From the NCBI GenBank assembly GCA_038209455.1, contig JBBQXR010000001.1, positions 1 to 28,118 on the forward strand: a stretch of DNA of 28,118 nucleotides, given 5' to 3'. Both the position numbers and the translations under genes were made by a program. The stretch is from Acidimicrobiia bacterium. GTDB lineage: Bacteria; Actinomycetota; Acidimicrobiia; IMCC26256; JAENVU01. The stretch's first letter is position 1. Each line of letters opens with the position of its first letter. The notes below the pieces were generated by a model. It did not search any database and was not told the origin of the DNA. It saw only the letters and a program-made list of their open reading frames with translations. This document shows, piece after piece, positions 14,969 through 23,666 of the stretch.

Positions 14969-15801
14969 CAGCCGCGCCAGACCGGGTCGCGCTTCTCCAT
15001 CATGGCGGCCATGCGTTCCTTGCCGTCGTCGGTGCCCTGGTTCAGTTCGATGAACACCGCTTCGTTCTCGAGGGTCGCGATGCGCGGCACCTCGGTGGCG
15101 TCGTGGAGCAGCTTCTTGGCCCAACCGAGCACCTTCGTGGGCTTGGCCGCGATGCGACTGGCCCACTCGGCGGTTGCGTCGTGCAGTTCTGCCGCCGGGA
15201 CCACGCGGTTCACGATGCCGAGTTCGGCGGCCTCGGTCGCCGTGATGGTGTCGCCGAGGAACACGATCTGCGCGGCCTTGTGCGTGCCGACGATGCGTGG
15301 CAGCAGGTACATGAACCCGCCGTCGGGGATCAACGCCTGCTTGGTGAAGACATCGACGATCTTGGCGGTGTCGGCGGCCACGACGAGGTCGGCGGCCAGG
15401 GTCAACATCGCCCCGCCCCCGGCCGCGGTGCCGTTGAGCGCCACGATGATCGGCTTCTGGCAGTCCTGCATCTTCTCCATGAGCTGCTGGAACCCGGTCC
15501 GCATCATGTGGACCGCACTCCCGGCGACGAAGTCGGGCGCGCCCTCGGGCTTGGCTGCCATGGGTGGCCGGACGCGGAGGTCCGACCCGGTGCAGAAGTG
15601 CCGCTCGCCCGCCGCAGTGAGCACGATGCAGCGCACCGTGAGGTCACTGTGCGCCGAGGTGAAGTGTTCGATCAGCCGGTCCCGTACGTAGAACGGAATC
15701 GAGTTCGACGACTCGGGGCGGTTGATGGTGAGCCACAGCACACCGTCCACCAACTCCGAGGTGAGCTCGGCCTCTGCCTTGGCCAGGGTTGCTGCGTCCA
15801 C
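14965..15801 (-). CDS. Crotonase superfamily protein, PaaG-like (IPDGG)
   Basis: LTINRPESSNSI, RHFCTGSDL, KPIIVALNGTAAGGG, ALIPDGG. Confidence 0.9.
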   Translation of the reverse strand: MDAATLAKAEAELTSELVDGVLWLTINRPESSNSIPFYVRDRLIEHFTSAHSDLTVRCIVLTAAGERHFCTGSDLRVRPPMAAKPEGAPDFVAGSAVHMMRTGFQQLMEKMQDCQKPIIVALNGTAAGGGAMLTLAADLVVAADTAKIVDVFTKQALIPDGGFMYLLPRIVGTHKAAQIVFLGDTITATEAAELGIVNRVVPAAELHDATAEWASRIAAKPTKVLGWAKKLLHDATEVPRIATLENEAVFIELNQGTDDGKERMAAMMEKRDPVWRGW

Positions 15802-18023
15802 TACCGAAGTCCCTTCCGTACGATCAGCGCGTCGAGGGCGACGGCACCACGCGGTTTGACGACGAGCGGGTTGACGTCGAGTTCGCCGATGACATCGGCG
15901 AGGTCCATGGCCATCCGTTGCACCTTCATGATCACGTCGACGAGCGCTCCGCGATCGGCGGGTTTGGCGCCCCGGACTCCGTCGAGCATCTTCTCGCCCG
16001 CGAGTTCGGTGAGCATCGTCGCCGCCTGGTCGTCGCCGAACGGCGGGACCCGGAAGGTGACGTCACCGAGCACCTCGACGAAGATCCCGCCGAGTCCGGC
16101 CATCACGACCGGGCCGAAGAGGTCGTCCTGGGAGATCCCGACGACGGTCTCGACACCACCACTGACGAGTTCGCTCACGAGCACACCGTCGAGGCGCACG
16201 CGCTTCCCGCCGGCCTTGCGTGCCTTCGTCGTGAGTTCCTCGTACGCGGCGCGTACGTCCTTGGCGCTGGCCACGCCGACCTTCACGAGACCGAGGTCGC
16301 TCTTGTGGAGCAGGTCGGGGGATGAGACCTTCATCACGACGGGGTAGCCGATGGTGCCCGCAGCCTTGACTGCTTCGGCGGACGAGTTGCAGAGCATGTC
16401 CTTCGAACTCTTGATGCCGTAGGCGGCGAGTACCTGCTTGCTCTGCCACTCACTGAGCGCGGTGCCCGGCTCGGCCTGCTCGATGATGGCGCGCGCCTTC
16501 TTGGCTGCCGCGAGCGGCTTGGTGGGCGCGTCGAGGAACGGCGACCGGTGCTGGGCTGCGAAGCGCCAATAGTCCACGTAGGCGCGTGCGGTAGTGACAC
16601 ACGTGCCGAAGGTGCGGAACACCGGCAGCCCGCCGTCGAGCAGGTGGAAGTAGTAGGTGTCGTCGGTCCCCGGAGGGGCACCCCACACGACGAGGATCGG
16701 CTTGTCCGTGGTCTTCGCCACCTCGACGAGGTCCCGCGTGAACGGCTTGCTGAACATCGCGACCGCACCGGTGATCGGCACCACGATGATGTCGACCTTC
16801 GGGTCGGCGACGATGGCATCGAGGATCTGCCGACCGCGCGCGTCGGCCACCGGGGGCCCACCGCAGTCGACCGGGTTGCTCACGCGCAGGTAGGCGGGGA
16901 TCAGGCCGTCGTGGAGCTTCTGCTGCGTGGCCTTCGTCAGGTCGGGGAGCTTGAGGCCCGCGGCCGAGATCATGTCGGCGATGTGCGCGCCGGTCCCACC
17001 CGAGATCGCGTACACACAGACGCCCGGCTCGCGGCCCTTCTTCGCCCAGGCCGGAACCTCGTCGGGACGGGTGCGGGCCAGCCCGGCCGAGACCTCGAGC
17101 AGTTCGTCGAGCCCGTCGACCCGCGTCACGCCGAACTGGCGGAACACGGCCGAGGTGATGGCGTCGGACCCGGTGAGGTGGCCGGTGTGGCTCTGGGCCA
17201 TCGACGCACCCTCGTCGGTGCGGCCGACCTTGACCATGACGATCGGCTTCTTGAGCGACGCGGCGTGGTCGGCCGCGAGCATGAGCGTGCGGCCGTCCTT
17301 GAAGCCCTCGATGTAACAGGCGATGACGCCGACCTCGGGTTGCTCGGCGAAGTACGCGGCGAAGTCGGCGAACTCGAGGTCCACCTCGTTGCCGGTGGGG
17401 GCCCAGTGTGTGAGCCGGAACCCGATCTCCTGGCCCTGGAACACCGGCCGACCCTGATGACCGGACTGGGTGACCAATGCGATCGACGGACCCTCGAGGT
17501 CCTGGCGGAAGTCTTCGAACGCGTTGAGGTTGGTGTTGGGGCCGAGCAGGCGGACGTTCCCGCTCGCCACCAGTTGCTCGAGGCGCCGTTCGAGCTTGGC
17601 CCCGTCCTTGCCGGTCTCGCTGAAGCCGGCCGCGAAGATGACCGCGAACTTCGCCGAACTCGCCAGCACCTCCTCGAAGGTGTCGACCGCCTTGCCGGTG
17701 AGGATGATCGCGAGGTCGATCTGGCCGGGGACATCCGCAAGGGATGCGTAGACCGGATGGCCGAGGATCGTCTCGTACCTGGGGTGCACCGGGTAGAACT
17801 CGGCACCGTTGGCGCGCGCCCACGCGTCGAACTTGCGGGTCATTGCCGTGTTGGGCTTGGCCGACTGCTCCGACGCGCCGATGAGTGCAATCGACTTTGG
17901 GTGCAAGAACGCGTCGAGGTCGACCTCGCGCAGGGCGAGCGGGCGGCCCGAGACATCGAAGTCCGATACGTCGAGGGAGGTGTCGGCGGCACGAGCTTTC
18001 GAGGCGGCAGGGCGCGCGGGCAC
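15801..18023 (-). CDS. Acetate/acyl-CoA ligase, ADP-forming (CoA-binding, flavodoxin-like ligase and ATP-grasp domains); start uncertain
   Basis: PKSIALIGAS, AGFSE, LLGPNTN, SHTG phospho-His motif, NPVD, PVVMKV..HKSDLGLV, LDVNPL; start placed at GTG 18023 (TTG 18029 also possible). Confidence 0.9.
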   Translation of the reverse strand: MPARPAASKARAADTSLDVSDFDVSGRPLALREVDLDAFLHPKSIALIGASEQSAKPNTAMTRKFDAWARANGAEFYPVHPRYETILGHPVYASLADVPGQIDLAIILTGKAVDTFEEVLASSAKFAVIFAAGFSETGKDGAKLERRLEQLVASGNVRLLGPNTNLNAFEDFRQDLEGPSIALVTQSGHQGRPVFQGQEIGFRLTHWAPTGNEVDLEFADFAAYFAEQPEVGVIACYIEGFKDGRTLMLAADHAASLKKPIVMVKVGRTDEGASMAQSHTGHLTGSDAITSAVFRQFGVTRVDGLDELLEVSAGLARTRPDEVPAWAKKGREPGVCVYAISGGTGAHIADMISAAGLKLPDLTKATQQKLHDGLIPAYLRVSNPVDCGGPPVADARGRQILDAIVADPKVDIIVVPITGAVAMFSKPFTRDLVEVAKTTDKPILVVWGAPPGTDDTYYFHLLDGGLPVFRTFGTCVTTARAYVDYWRFAAQHRSPFLDAPTKPLAAAKKARAIIEQAEPGTALSEWQSKQVLAAYGIKSSKDMLCNSSAEAVKAAGTIGYPVVMKVSSPDLLHKSDLGLVKVGVASAKDVRAAYEELTTKARKAGGKRVRLDGVLVSELVSGGVETVVGISQDDLFGPVVMAGLGGIFVEVLGDVTFRVPPFGDDQAATMLTELAGEKMLDGVRGAKPADRGALVDVIMKVQRMAMDLADVIGELDVNPLVVKPRGAVALDALIVRKGLR

Positions 18024-18047
18024 AGGCAATCCGATCTGTGAATGAAT

Positions 18048-18078
18048 CTGACGGGTCGTCAGTATGACGCCGGAGTCA
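18048..18078. promoter_or_regulatory. Two adjacent candidate operators, CTGACG-N3-CGTCAG (18048-62) and TGACG-N4-AGTCA (18065-78), in a divergent promoter region
   Basis: Read directly; they flank the minus-strand -10 CATACT (18066-61); plus-strand -10 TAGGGT at 18097-102. Confidence 0.5.
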
Positions 18079-18145
18079 GGTTTCGCGCACGTCCGGTAGG
18101 GTGCCGACACCGCTTCCCTGCAACCCGCCGTTCAGGAGGATCCCC

Positions 18146-18334
18146 ATGAAGATCGTCGTCGATTTCGACAAGTGCAAGAGCAACGCCGTGTGCATGGCGG
18201 CCGCCCCCGAGGTGTTCGAGGTGCGCGACGACAACTTCCTCTACGTGCTCCAGGAGGAGCCGGGCGAGGAGCAGCGTCCGGCGGTCGAGGAAGCGATCCG
18301 CACCTGTCCCACGGGCGCGATCTCGCTCGCCTGA
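18146..18334 (+). CDS. Single-cluster ferredoxin (3Fe-4S type, 62 aa)
   Basis: CKSNAVC...TCPTGAI; AGGAGG RBS before the ATG at 18146. Confidence 0.93.
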   Translation: MKIVVDFDKCKSNAVCMAAAPEVFEVRDDNFLYVLQEEPGEEQRPAVEEAIRTCPTGAISLA

Positions 18335-18338
18335 ACCC

Positions 18339-19565
18339 TTGGACCGCGACCCGTTGGACCACGGTCCCCTGGAAGAGATCGTCGTCGTCGGAGCGTCGCT
18401 CGCCGGGCTGCGGGCGGTCGAGGCGCTCCGGCGGGAGGGATTCTCGGGCCGTCTGACCCTGGTCGGCGACGAGCCCGACGAACCGTACGACCGGCCGCCG
18501 CTCTCGAAGGCGTATCTCGCCGGCACGGCCGACCGCGCGTCGCTCGCGCTGAGCCGGAACGGTCTCGACGAACTCGATCTCACCCTGCGTCTCGGGGAAC
18601 CGGCGCACTCCCTCGACCTCACCGCCCGCACGCTCGGGGTCGGTGACACCACCCTCTCGTTCGACGGGCTCGTGATCGCCACCGGTTCGTCGCCGCGTCG
18701 CCTGCCCGGCCAGCCGGACCTCGACGGCATCCACACGCTGCGCACGGTCGGCGATGCCGATGCGATTGCCCGCCGGATCGACGGCGGTGCCCGGCTCTGC
18801 GTGATCGGCGCTGGTTTCATCGGCGCGGAAGTCGCGGCGACGGCACGCGCCCGTGGCCGTGACGTCACGGTGCTCGAGGCACTGCCGCAACCGATGGTCC
18901 GCGGGGTGGGCCCGGTGATCGGCGCGGTCCTGGCCCGCCTGCACCACGCGCACGGGGTCGACCTCCGGCTCGGCGTCGGGGTCGACTCGATCGCGGGTGA
19001 CCAACGCGTCGAACGGGTCCATCTCGTCGACGGCTCGGTCGTCGAGTGCGACGTCGTGCTCGTGGCCATCGGCGCGGCACCCGCCACCGATTGGCTCGCC
19101 GGGTCGGGCATCTCCGTCGACAACGGTGTGGTGTGCGACGCCACGTTGCGGGCGGCGCCGGGAGTGGTTGCCGCAGGCGACGTGTGTCGCTGGCCGAACC
19201 CGACGTTCGACGGCGAGGTCATGCGCATCGAGCACTGGACCAATGCTGCCGAGCAGGGCAACCACGCCGCGCTGACGTTGCTGCGTGGTGAGGACGCGCC
19301 GGAGTTTGCGACGGTGCCGTTCGTCTGGTCCGATCAGTACGACGTCAAGATCCAATCTGCCGGTCGGTTCGGTGGAGACGACGTGATGGAAATCGTCCAC
19401 GGCACCACGGAGGAGGATCGCTTCGTCGCGATCTTCGAGCGGGCCGGACGGCTGAGTGGCGTGCTCGGTTTCTCCCAACCCCGCCGGGTGATCCAGTACC
19501 GACGCATGATCGCCGAACGCGCATCGTTCGCCGATGCGCTCGCGTTCGCTGCCGAGAACCCGTAA
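18339..19565 (+). CDS. FAD/NAD(P)H-dependent ferredoxin reductase
   Basis: VVVGASLAG, PYDRPPLSK, LVIATGS, VIGAGFIGAE, RIEHW, PFVWSDQY. Confidence 0.94.
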   Translation: MDRDPLDHGPLEEIVVVGASLAGLRAVEALRREGFSGRLTLVGDEPDEPYDRPPLSKAYLAGTADRASLALSRNGLDELDLTLRLGEPAHSLDLTARTLGVGDTTLSFDGLVIATGSSPRRLPGQPDLDGIHTLRTVGDADAIARRIDGGARLCVIGAGFIGAEVAATARARGRDVTVLEALPQPMVRGVGPVIGAVLARLHHAHGVDLRLGVGVDSIAGDQRVERVHLVDGSVVECDVVLVAIGAAPATDWLAGSGISVDNGVVCDATLRAAPGVVAAGDVCRWPNPTFDGEVMRIEHWTNAAEQGNHAALTLLRGEDAPEFATVPFVWSDQYDVKIQSAGRFGGDDVMEIVHGTTEEDRFVAIFERAGRLSGVLGFSQPRRVIQYRRMIAERASFADALAFAAENP

Positions 19566-19568
19566 CCC

Positions 19569-20774
19569 GTGGCCCGATCCCGCGAGCGGTTCCTCACGCC
19601 CCAGTTCGTGCTGGTCACCACGAGCGGAGCGCTCTATTTCATCGCTCTCGGTACCGTCGTCGCCGTCCTCCCGGTGTTCGCGAAGCACGAGTACGGCACG
19701 GGCGACGTCGGCGTGGGGGTCGCGGTCGGCACGTTCGCGCTGGGCGCGGTGTTGCTCCGACCGTTCGCCGGTCGGCTCGGTGATCGCATGGGCCGCCGGC
19801 CGTTGGTGATCGGCGGCGCGGCGATCGTCTCGGTCACCACCCTCGCGTACGTGTGGGCGACCAGCCTGCCGTTGCTCGTGGTGTTCCGGCTCCTCGGTGG
19901 CATCGGCGAGGCAGCATTCTTCGTCGGCGCCGCGACGATGATCACGGACCTCGCGCCGATCGACCGGCGGGGTGAGGCCATCTCGTACTGGTCGGTCGCG
20001 GTGTACAGCGGATTGGCGTTCGGGCCGTTCATCGGGGAGGCCATCGATTCGGCGTGGGGATCCGACGCCGTCTGGATCACCGCCGCGACCTTCGCGGGAC
20101 TCGCGACGCTGCTCGGCACGATGACGCGCGAGACGCGGCCGGCGGTCGCACCGCCGACCGGGCTCCCGCTCCTGCACCGCTCGGCGATCCTGCCCGGGCT
20201 CATGATGTTCCTCGGGCTGATCGCGCTCGCGGGGTACACCGAGTTCCTCAAGCTCTACGGGCACACGATCGGGGTCCATAGCGTCGGTGGATTCTTCCTG
20301 CTCTACGGCGGTCTCGTTCTCGCCATCCGTGTCTTCGGCGCGCGTCTGCCCGACTCGCTCGGCCCCCTGCGCGGCGGGACGCTGGCCCTCGGTGGCGCGG
20401 CCGCGGCGATGATCGTGATCGCGGCGTGGCCGAGCATCCCGGGCCTGATCGTCGGCACCGCGATCTTCGCCTTCGGGATGTCGATGATGTACACGAACCT
20501 CATGACGCTCGCGCTCATGGGCGTGGACGAGGCGCAACGGGCGTCGGTGGTCGGCACCTTTTCCACGTTCTTCGACGCGTCGCAGGGGCTCGGTTCGCTC
20601 ATCGTCGGCGTGGTGGTCTCGTTCTCCAGCTATCGGGGCGGGTTCCTCGCCGGCGCGATCTTCGCGTTGATCGGTCTCGCGCTGTTGTGGAGTGGTGTCG
20701 ATCCCCGGGTCCGCGAAGCGCACGCCGCGGTCCACGCCAACCTCGAGATCCCCGAACCCGAGCCCGGCACGTGA
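19569..20774 (+). CDS. MFS transporter
   Basis: About 12 hydrophobic segments; motif A GRLGDRMGRRP. Confidence 0.93.
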   Translation: MARSRERFLTPQFVLVTTSGALYFIALGTVVAVLPVFAKHEYGTGDVGVGVAVGTFALGAVLLRPFAGRLGDRMGRRPLVIGGAAIVSVTTLAYVWATSLPLLVVFRLLGGIGEAAFFVGAATMITDLAPIDRRGEAISYWSVAVYSGLAFGPFIGEAIDSAWGSDAVWITAATFAGLATLLGTMTRETRPAVAPPTGLPLLHRSAILPGLMMFLGLIALAGYTEFLKLYGHTIGVHSVGGFFLLYGGLVLAIRVFGARLPDSLGPLRGGTLALGGAAAAMIVIAAWPSIPGLIVGTAIFAFGMSMMYTNLMTLALMGVDEAQRASVVGTFSTFFDASQGLGSLIVGVVVSFSSYRGGFLAGAIFALIGLALLWSGVDPRVREAHAAVHANLEIPEPEPGT

Positions 20775-21904
20775 CGTCACTCCTCGTCACCAACGACTTC
20801 CCGCCGAAGATCGGCGGGATCCAGTCGTACCTCTGGGAGTTGTGGCGGCGGCTACCGCCGGCCGAGACGACGGTCATGACCACGCCGTACGCCGGCGCCT
20901 CGGCGTGGGACGCCGAGCAGTCGTTCCGGATCGTGCGCCGCCGCGAGAAGGTGTTGCTGCCGACCCCGGGCCTCACCCGCGACGTCGACTCGCTGGCGCG
21001 TGAGGTCGGAGCCGATGTCATCTTCGTGGATCCCGCGTTGCCACTCGGGCTGATCGTGCGCCACCTGCGCGCCGCGCCGGCCGTGGTGGTGATGCACGGC
21101 GCGGAGATCACGGTGCCGGGACGGATGCCGACGCGTCCGTTGTTGGCCCACGTGTTGCGGTCGGCCACGGGTGTGGTGGCCGCCGGCGGGTACCCGCTTG
21201 CCGAAGGGGTCCACGCCGCGGGTCGGGTCCTGCCGGCGATCGTCGTCCCGCCGGGAATCGATGCCTCGCGGTTCCGCCCGGCGGCCGATACCGGGGAGCG
21301 GGCGGCGGCGCGCACCGCGCTCGGGTTGCCGCTCGACGCGCGCATCGTGTTGGGCGCGAGCCGCATGGTGCCGCGCAAGGGTTTCGACGTGCTGCTCGAT
21401 GCACTGGTGCACCTCCCGGCCGACGTCATCGTCGCGTTGGTCGGCGACGGTCGCGACCGGGGGCGCCTCGAGCGCCACGCACAGGAACTGGGCGTCGCGA
21501 GTCGGGTGCGGTTCCTCGGCCGGGTCTCGGAGGCCGAGCTCCCGCTCGCCCATCGCGCCGCCGACGTCTTCGCGATGTTGTGCCGTGACCGCTGGCGCGG
21601 ACTCGAAGCCGAAGGCTTCGGCATCGTGTTCCTCGAGGCGGGCGCCTCGGGACTCGCGTGCGTCGCAGGTCGCAGCGGTGGCTCACACGAGGCGGTGCAC
21701 AACGGTGAGACCGGCTTCGTCGTGGAACCGCGCGACGACAACCTGGTCGCGACCCGGCTCCTGCAGTTGCTCGACGATCCTCAACTCCGGGCGCGGATGG
21801 GTACGCGGGCGCGTGCCCTGGCCGAGGCGGAGTGGTCATACGACCGGCGGGTGGAGCCGCTCGCGCAGCTGGCCGCAGGTGATTTCGGTGTACTCGCGCG
21901 CTGA
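20771..21904 (+). CDS. pimB: GT4 glycosyltransferase, PimB'-like phosphatidylinositol mannosyltransferase
   Basis: LLVTNDFPPKIGGIQSYL, SRMVPRKGFD, EGFGIVFLEA; GTG start overlapping the MFS stop (GTGA). The track ORF overcalls the start. Confidence 0.85.
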   Translation: MTSLLVTNDFPPKIGGIQSYLWELWRRLPPAETTVMTTPYAGASAWDAEQSFRIVRRREKVLLPTPGLTRDVDSLAREVGADVIFVDPALPLGLIVRHLRAAPAVVVMHGAEITVPGRMPTRPLLAHVLRSATGVVAAGGYPLAEGVHAAGRVLPAIVVPPGIDASRFRPAADTGERAAARTALGLPLDARIVLGASRMVPRKGFDVLLDALVHLPADVIVALVGDGRDRGRLERHAQELGVASRVRFLGRVSEAELPLAHRAADVFAMLCRDRWRGLEAEGFGIVFLEAGASGLACVAGRSGGSHEAVHNGETGFVVEPRDDNLVATRLLQLLDDPQLRARMGTRARALAEAEWSYDRRVEPLAQLAAGDFGVLAR

Positions 21905-21970
21905 ATCGTTCCGAGCACGGTTCGTACGGATCGGGCAAGCTGCGTGGTCCGTCGAGATGAGGAGCGCACG

Positions 21971-22393
21971 ATGAGCGACGTCGCATCCAGCAGTGGATCG
22001 GGAACTGCGGAGGACCCGTGGAAGCTGAAGACCCCACCGCTGAGTTCCGACTACACGATGCACCGCGACACCCGCGACGGCGTCGACGTCATCGTGTGCA
22101 CCGTCGGCAAGACGGTGCTCCTCTACGACGCTCGGTGCCTCGACGATCTGCACGCGATGCTCTCGGCGCACGGCGACTGGATGGACCTCGGTTCGGCCGA
22201 CGAGCAGAAACCGGCGAAGGACGGCACCGTTGAGGCGTGGGGCCGTTCGGACGCCAATCCGATCGGGGGTTGGTACGGCCTGAAGAAGGGCTTGCGGGGT
22301 CGCTTCGGCATGTACGTCCCGCCGCTGATGGAGCACCTCGGTCGCGCCGAGGTCGAGCACAACGCCCGCAACAACCGCATGCGCGCCATCTGA
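21971..22393 (+). CDS. Conserved hypothetical protein (resembles what I recall as DUF6855)
   Basis: GTAEDPWKLKTPP, ADEQKPAKDGTVEAW, WYGLKKGLRGRFGMY; GAGGAG RBS. The family name is from memory. Confidence 0.8.
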   Translation: MSDVASSSGSGTAEDPWKLKTPPLSSDYTMHRDTRDGVDVIVCTVGKTVLLYDARCLDDLHAMLSAHGDWMDLGSADEQKPAKDGTVEAWGRSDANPIGGWYGLKKGLRGRFGMYVPPLMEHLGRAEVEHNARNNRMRAI

Positions 22394-22405
22394 CCTGCGG
22401 CGACG

Positions 22406-22425
22406 CGGCCTGACCCGTCAGGCCG
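22406..22425. terminator. Hairpin between convergent genes; possible terminator
   Basis: CGGCCTGA-CCCG-TCAGGCCG, overlapping the 22418 stop; no U-tract. Confidence 0.4.
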
Positions 22426-23122
22426 GGAGTTCGTGGTCGGGGAGTGGGTAGCGGCTCATGCCGGCGATGGCGCGTTCGGAGTCGCCGGTCCACGTGAGGT
22501 GACGGATCTGGTCCGCCGATCGGCGACCGGAACACGCTCGGAGCACTTCGAACGGGTCGCCGCTCAGGGACGCGAACGCCGGTCCGGTTCCGATGGTCAG
22601 CCGCTCGTCGTCGGCGATGACCTCGATGGACCCGGCGCCGTCGGCGGTCACGTCTTCGCCCCAGGACTCGAGGTAGAAGTCGAGCGAGACCCGGACGGTC
22701 AATGGGTCGCGATCGGCGGGAAGGCCGAGGGCGGACCGGACGTCCTGGACGTGCGCGTGCAGGTCGCCGACGAAGTGGGCACCGACCGAGTAGCCGAACA
22801 GCCGGAGCCCGTCCTCGAACGCCGGTGCCTCCCGGTCCCACTCCGCCACGATCTCCGCGACCGACCGACCGCGGCGGGTGTCCACCTGGCGCGCGGTCCA
22901 CCCGTCGGGATCGGTGGTCTCGATCATGCCCGTGTTGAGATCGGCCGCGATTCCCACGACGTGGGCCAGGGTGTCCCGGACGGTCCAGGCCGGAGTCGCG
23001 GGGACGACGCTGGCCAACCCATCCGGTGCCAGCGACTCCATCAGCGCGACGAAACGGGCCCGGGTGGCGGCGTAGACCGCGCCGCAGTCCACCGTGGTCG
23101 ACCGATTCGTCACTGACCCCAT
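22418..23122 (-). CDS. Mycothiol-dependent maleylpyruvate isomerase-like (DinB/MDMPI) metal-binding protein
   Basis: VPATPAWTVRDTLAHVVG, DLHAHVQDVR; AGGAG RBS. Confidence 0.88.
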   Translation of the reverse strand: MGSVTNRSTTVDCGAVYAATRARFVALMESLAPDGLASVVPATPAWTVRDTLAHVVGIAADLNTGMIETTDPDGWTARQVDTRRGRSVAEIVAEWDREAPAFEDGLRLFGYSVGAHFVGDLHAHVQDVRSALGLPADRDPLTVRVSLDFYLESWGEDVTADGAGSIEVIADDERLTIGTGPAFASLSGDPFEVLRACSGRRSADQIRHLTWTGDSERAIAGMSRYPLPDHELPA

Positions 23123-23162
23123 CGCTGCATCTCCTGTCGCAGGTGGGCGTTAGCCTCGCGCC

Positions 23163-23666
23163 GTGGAACCGACCGCAGGGAAGCGCATCATCCTCGCCTC
23201 GTGGGTGAGCAATGTGGTCTTCCTCGTCGGATCCCTCCCGCTGGTCCTCGACATCGGTGACACGGGCCGCTTGGCCGCATCGGTGTGTCTCATCCTTTTC
23301 GCCGCCTCTCTCGGCGTGTGGATCTGGGCCTTCGCGGTCGCGGTGTCCCGCAGCGCCCAGGGCGACGACATCGCCGTCGGCAGCCTGTTCCTCGTGGAAG
23401 GCACCGTGGACCGTCCGGTCCGGCGCCGGCTCTATCTGTCGTTCGCGCTGAGCCTGGTGATCACCGTGGTGGCGGCGACTTCGAACCCGTTCGCGGTGTT
23501 GGTCCCGATGCTGAGTCTGGGGTTCGTCGGCCTCTGGGGCGCTCGGTACGGCCAGTTCCCGTTGCGGCCGGAACTGCGTCAAGAATCCCGGCCGTTGCGG
23601 CCGGACCGTTCCGCGCGGCAACGTGGGGGAATCCAAAGGGGGGCCGATGGCCGAACACGCCAATGA
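23163..23666 (+). CDS. Hypothetical membrane protein (3-4 TM), probably leaderless
   Basis: Hydrophobic segments; TAGCCT 6 nt before the GTG; 3' end overlaps the next gene by 20 nt. Confidence 0.75.
   Translation: MEPTAGKRIILASWVSNVVFLVGSLPLVLDIGDTGRLAASVCLILFAASLGVWIWAFAVAVSRSAQGDDIAVGSLFLVEGTVDRPVRRRLYLSFALSLVITVVAATSNPFAVLVPMLSLGFVGLWGARYGQFPLRPELRQESRPLRPDRSARQRGGIQRGADGRTRQ

Noticed and set aside
14656-18041. 563-aa and 497-aa plus-strand ORFs
   Set aside because: Antisense to the crotonase and ligase genes; no recognisable domains
18132-20780. 882-aa minus-strand ORF
   Set aside because: Shadow across the ferredoxin, reductase and MFS genes, which all have clear motifs and RBS or coupling
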